From Thermoanaerobaculia bacterium (GTDB lineage Bacteria; Acidobacteriota; Thermoanaerobaculia; UBA5066), in the NCBI GenBank assembly GCA_963719225.1, contig CAVRAY010000001.1, positions 2,592,001 through 2,656,000 on the forward strand: a stretch of DNA of 64,000 nucleotides, written 5' to 3'. The notes beneath the pieces were generated by a model. That model saw only the letters and a program-made list of their open reading frames with translations, ran no database searches and had not been told where the DNA came from. This document shows positions 60,627 through 64,000 of this stretch, piece after piece (position 1 is the first letter of the stretch; each line of letters begins with the position of its first letter). The translations under genes and the position numbers were made by a program.

Positions 60627-63086
60627 GTGGCGCTCACGGTCGATCTCGCGGCGAAGACGATCACGCTCTCCCCCGGAACGCTCCTCGGCGGCGTGGCCCG
60701 CCGGGCCGGGTTCGACCGCGGTGAGGGGTTCGAGAGGCTCTGGATCGGCCAGGCGGTCCACCGGCGCGTGCTCGGGGAGAACCTCCTGAACGTGCCCGGC
60801 TACGCGGTCGAAAAGGCGATTCGGCTCGTGTACCTCGTGGACGACTTCACCGCGATCCTCGAGGGCCGTCTCGACGGGCGATTCGAGGAGGGCGGCCGCG
60901 TCGTCGTAGACGAGGTCAAGTCGCTGCATTTCGCCGAGGACCTCGGGAAGCTTCACGGGTCCCCTCGCCTCGAGCGCTTCCAGCTCCAGCTCCGGTGGTA
61001 CATGCAGGCCGTGCACGTCGCCGAAGGCCGACCCGTTCACGGGCGCCTCGTCCTCGCGGACATCGAGACGGGCGCGACGAAGCTCCTCGACGTCGCGCAC
61101 GAGCCCGAAAAAACCCTCCAGGACCTCGTCGCCCGCACCCGGATCCTCCTGGACGCTTTTTTCGAGGAGCGGGCTCTCGCCGAGGCGAAGGCCGCCGAAG
61201 CCGCGACGCTCGTCTTCCCACATGCGCACTTCCGACCCGGGCAGCGGGAGATGACGTCCTCCGTCGCGCGCGCGGCGGCGCGAGGCGAGCATCTCCTCGT
61301 CGAGGCCCCGACCGGCATCGGCAAGACCGCCGCCGCCCTGCACCCCCTTCTCGTGGGCGCGCTCGAGTCCAACCGCCGGCTTTTCGTCCTCACGGCGAAG
61401 ACGACGCAGCAGGACATCTACGAAAAGACGCTGGCCGCGATCGACGGCGAGTCCTTCCGGTCCGTGAGACTCCGCGCGAAAGAGCGCATGTGCGCGAACG
61501 ACGTCGTCCTGTGCCACGAGAACCACTGCGCCTACGCGAAGGACTACGGCGCCAAGATGGAAGCGTCGGGCCTCCTGGATCGTCTCCTCGCGAGCCACCG
61601 CCACCTCGATCCGGACACGGTCTTCGAGGCGGCCCGCGACGAGACGGTGTGCCCGTTCGAGGTCTCCCTCGAGCTGGCCGAACAGGCGGATGTCGTCCTG
61701 GGCGATTACAACTACGTCTTCGACCCCGTCGTGGCCCTCTCGGCGGCGCGCGAGCCGTCCGCGCTCTCCGACTCGATCCTTCTCGTCGACGAAGCGCACA
61801 ACCTCGTGGACCGCGGACGCGGCTACTACTCGCCCGAGCTTTCCGATGCGTCTCTGGCGTCGCTCGAGGAGCGCATCGGCGTTTCGAACGCGAGGACGGC
61901 GTGGGATGCGGGAGAGGCCGCGCGGCGCCTGCGCAGGCTCGTGGCGGACGCGGCCGCACCCCTTGCACCCGACGAGACGGATCCCGTCGAGCTCGTGACC
62001 CTGGACGAGGAGCGTCTCGACGACCTGCGCCTCGACTTCGAGTCGCTTCTCGTGCGCCATCTCGCGGACCTCCGCGCCGGAGGCGAACGCGTGCCCGACG
62101 ACCCGGTGCTCGACCTCTACTTTTCGTTCGCGCGTTTTCACGACGTCAGTAAGCGCGCGCAGCCCGAAGGCGGACGCCCCGACCCGGCTTTCGACGTCCT
62201 CGCGGCGCGCGGCAGGGGCGGCGCGCGACTCGCGATCCTCTGCAAGGACCCGTCGAAGCTCCTCGGGGAGACGCTGAACGCGGCCGCAGCCACCGTCTCG
62301 ATGTCCGCCACGCTCTCTCCGCCCGAGTTCTACCGCGATCTCCTCGGGCTCGATCCCGATCGCACGTCGGTGCTCCGGCTTCCTTCGCCTTTTCCCCGGG
62401 AGAACCGCACCGTGCTCGTCGCCCCGGACGTGGATACGACCTTCGCGGCCCGCGGGCGGGGTGCCCCGCGCATCGCGGCCCTCGTTGCGGACGTGGCGCG
62501 CGCCTGCCCGGGCAACATGCTGGCGCTGTTCCCGTCGTACCGCTTCCTCGACGAGGTACGCGCCCACCTCCCCCCGCTGAACGGCCGCCGCGTCCTCAGG
62601 CCTTCCGACCGCTCGACGGAGCTCGAGCGGAACTCGGTCCTCGCGGCGATGAAGGACGGCGGCGCGCCCGTCGTCCTCTTCGCGGTCTCCGGAGGCGCGT
62701 TCGCCGAAGGCGTGGACTATCCGGGCAAGATGCTCCAGGCCGTCGTCGTCGTCTCTCCGGCGCTCCCCATGGTCCGATTCGAGCAGGAGCGCATGCGCGC
62801 CTATTTCGAGGAGCGTTTCGAGCGCGGGTTCGAGTATGCGTACGTCGTTCCGGGCATGACGCGCGTCGTCCAGAGCGCCGGGAGGCTCATTCGATCCGGC
62901 ACCGACACGGGCGTCGTCGTCCTCGCCTGCCGGAGGTTCCTGCAGGCGCCGTACAGCCGCTACCTGCCCGCCGACTGGTATCTCGACGACCCCGGAGAGC
63001 TCGCGTGCATCGAGGTCGGCCGCGCGACCGAGGAGTTCTTCCTGCGCGTCAAGGCGGGCGAGCTGCCGGTCGCGACCGGCGGTTAG
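60627..63086 (+). CDS. DinG/XPD-family Fe-S helicase with N-terminal PD-(D/E)xK nuclease domain
   Basis: GRLDG...DEVKS...QLRWY; FRPGQ, APTGIGKT, four-Cys Fe-S region ending CPF, DEAHN, SATL, QSAGRLIR. Confidence 0.9.
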   Translation: MALTVDLAAKTITLSPGTLLGGVARRAGFDRGEGFERLWIGQAVHRRVLGENLLNVPGYAVEKAIRLVYLVDDFTAILEGRLDGRFEEGGRVVVDEVKSLHFAEDLGKLHGSPRLERFQLQLRWYMQAVHVAEGRPVHGRLVLADIETGATKLLDVAHEPEKTLQDLVARTRILLDAFFEERALAEAKAAEAATLVFPHAHFRPGQREMTSSVARAAARGEHLLVEAPTGIGKTAAALHPLLVGALESNRRLFVLTAKTTQQDIYEKTLAAIDGESFRSVRLRAKERMCANDVVLCHENHCAYAKDYGAKMEASGLLDRLLASHRHLDPDTVFEAARDETVCPFEVSLELAEQADVVLGDYNYVFDPVVALSAAREPSALSDSILLVDEAHNLVDRGRGYYSPELSDASLASLEERIGVSNARTAWDAGEAARRLRRLVADAAAPLAPDETDPVELVTLDEERLDDLRLDFESLLVRHLADLRAGGERVPDDPVLDLYFSFARFHDVSKRAQPEGGRPDPAFDVLAARGRGGARLAILCKDPSKLLGETLNAAAATVSMSATLSPPEFYRDLLGLDPDRTSVLRLPSPFPRENRTVLVAPDVDTTFAARGRGAPRIAALVADVARACPGNMLALFPSYRFLDEVRAHLPPLNGRRVLRPSDRSTELERNSVLAAMKDGGAPVVLFAVSGGAFAEGVDYPGKMLQAVVVVSPALPMVRFEQERMRAYFEERFERGFEYAYVVPGMTRVVQSAGRLIRSGTDTGVVVLACRRFLQAPYSRYLPADWYLDDPGELACIEVGRATEEFFLRVKAGELPVATGG

Positions 63087-64000
63087 TCACCGTCCGGCGA
63101 CGGATGCCTCGAAGGCTTCGCCGAGCAGGCCGTCTTCGGTGAGAGCGAGGACGCGGTAACGGTAGCGGTGTCCCGGGGTCGCGTCGCGGTCGAGCCAGAA
63201 GTAGCCCGTCCCGCCTTCGGAGGCCTTCGTCGCGGGGAGGGTGCTCCTCTCGAGGGCCGCGTCGGCGTCCGTCTCGTCGCGACGTTCCACGACCCAACCC
63301 AGAAGGTCTTCGTGCCGCGAAGTCTCCCACGCGAGCTCGACGCCTCCGCCCGTCCAGTTCGCTCGAGAGCTCGTGAGAGCGGCCGGATAGTCCGGAATGC
63401 GGCGCACGCGCAGAAGCATCTCGCCGGCCCCGTCGCCACCGGCGAGCACGACCTCGACACTCGCGGTGCCCGCTGCCGGAACGACCCGCGTGGCTCCCGG
63501 AGAGACCGGCAGGGAGTCGAAGCCGCCGTCCCCGCGGTAGAAAAGAAGAAGTGTCGCCGCGTGTGCGCCTGCGTCAGGGAGCGCGATCTCCAGTCCGGCC
63601 CGCTCGTCCTCGGTGCGCAGTGAGACGCGCCTCCAGCCGAGCGGTTGAGGGGCAGCCGCGACGACGTCTCCCGGGAGCCAGGTCCTCCGGGAAATGCCGG
63701 GCGAATCCCTGCGAGAAGCGCTCGCGGCAGCCAGGCGCGAAACGACGACCTCGGTCATGCGAGCGCCCAGATTCGCGGAGCCGGTCCGGCCCGCGAGGTC
63801 GCGAAGAAATGCGTCCGCCTCGTCGCCGCGTTCCCCGGCCTGCTCCCAGGCTTCTCGCACGTCCTGGGCGCCTCGCGGAAGGCGATTCTCGAGGGCCTCG
63901 AGAAAGGCCGCGAGGACCGCCGGCGACGTGAGGGCGCCGGCTTCGTCGAGAAAAGGATCCGGGATCGCGAGAACCGGGGCAGCAGGTCCGAGGTCGCGAC
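63087..64000 (-). CDS. Partial hypothetical protein with FN3-like C-terminal domain; runs off the window
   Basis: VELAWET...GWVVER...YFWLD...YRYRV pattern; frame appears open to the window edge. Confidence 0.6.
   Translation of the reverse strand, partial: RDLGPAAPVLAIPDPFLDEAGALTSPAVLAAFLEALENRLPRGAQDVREAWEQAGERGDEADAFLRDLAGRTGSANLGARMTEVVVSRLAAASASRRDSPGISRRTWLPGDVVAAAPQPLGWRRVSLRTEDERAGLEIALPDAGAHAATLLLFYRGDGGFDSLPVSPGATRVVPAAGTASVEVVLAGGDGAGEMLLRVRRIPDYPAALTSSRANWTGGGVELAWETSRHEDLLGWVVERRDETDADAALERSTLPATKASEGGTGYFWLDRDATPGHRYRYRVLALTEDGLLGEAFEASVAGR

Noticed and set aside
60627-63086. Type IV CRISPR CasDinG or Cas4 locus
   Set aside because: No repeat-spacer array or other cas genes seen

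Overview
GC-rich bacterial chromosomal window. Gene content and a recurrent four-module extracellular domain suggest Acidobacteriota (Thermoanaerobaculia-like); this is inference. Core genes: a partial complex I cluster (nuoB-nuoCD-nuoI), ribF, rimO, asnS, dacB, mpg, an acyl-CoA dehydrogenase, an epimerase and a nuclease-fused DinG/XPD helicase. Transport and proteolysis: a MacAB-type exporter and an M16 peptidase pair. Signalling: a 14-kb block of five histidine kinases, a NarL regulator and a REC-GGDEF-EAL protein. Most interesting items: (1) two tandem secreted paralogs with a near-identical N-terminal scaffold, a ZU5-like domain and divergent C-terminal tips, transcribed divergently from an ECF sigma/Ser-Thr kinase pair (kinase frameshifted); (2) an orphan 88-aa NHLP-like peptide with a Cys/His-rich tail in a small GNAT/DinB islet that has an attC-like relic; (3) a Tat-signal small protein translationally coupled to a signal-less amidase; (4) a duplicated, synonymously recoded gene end with a hairpin (integration or deletion scar); (5) an in-frame inverted-repeat insert within mpg; (6) a multiply deleted vanadium haloperoxidase relic; (7) a probable ATC start codon; (8) many apparently leaderless genes. 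No rRNA, tRNA, CRISPR array, integrase or transposase was recognised. All family calls come from motif recognition by eye, not database searches.
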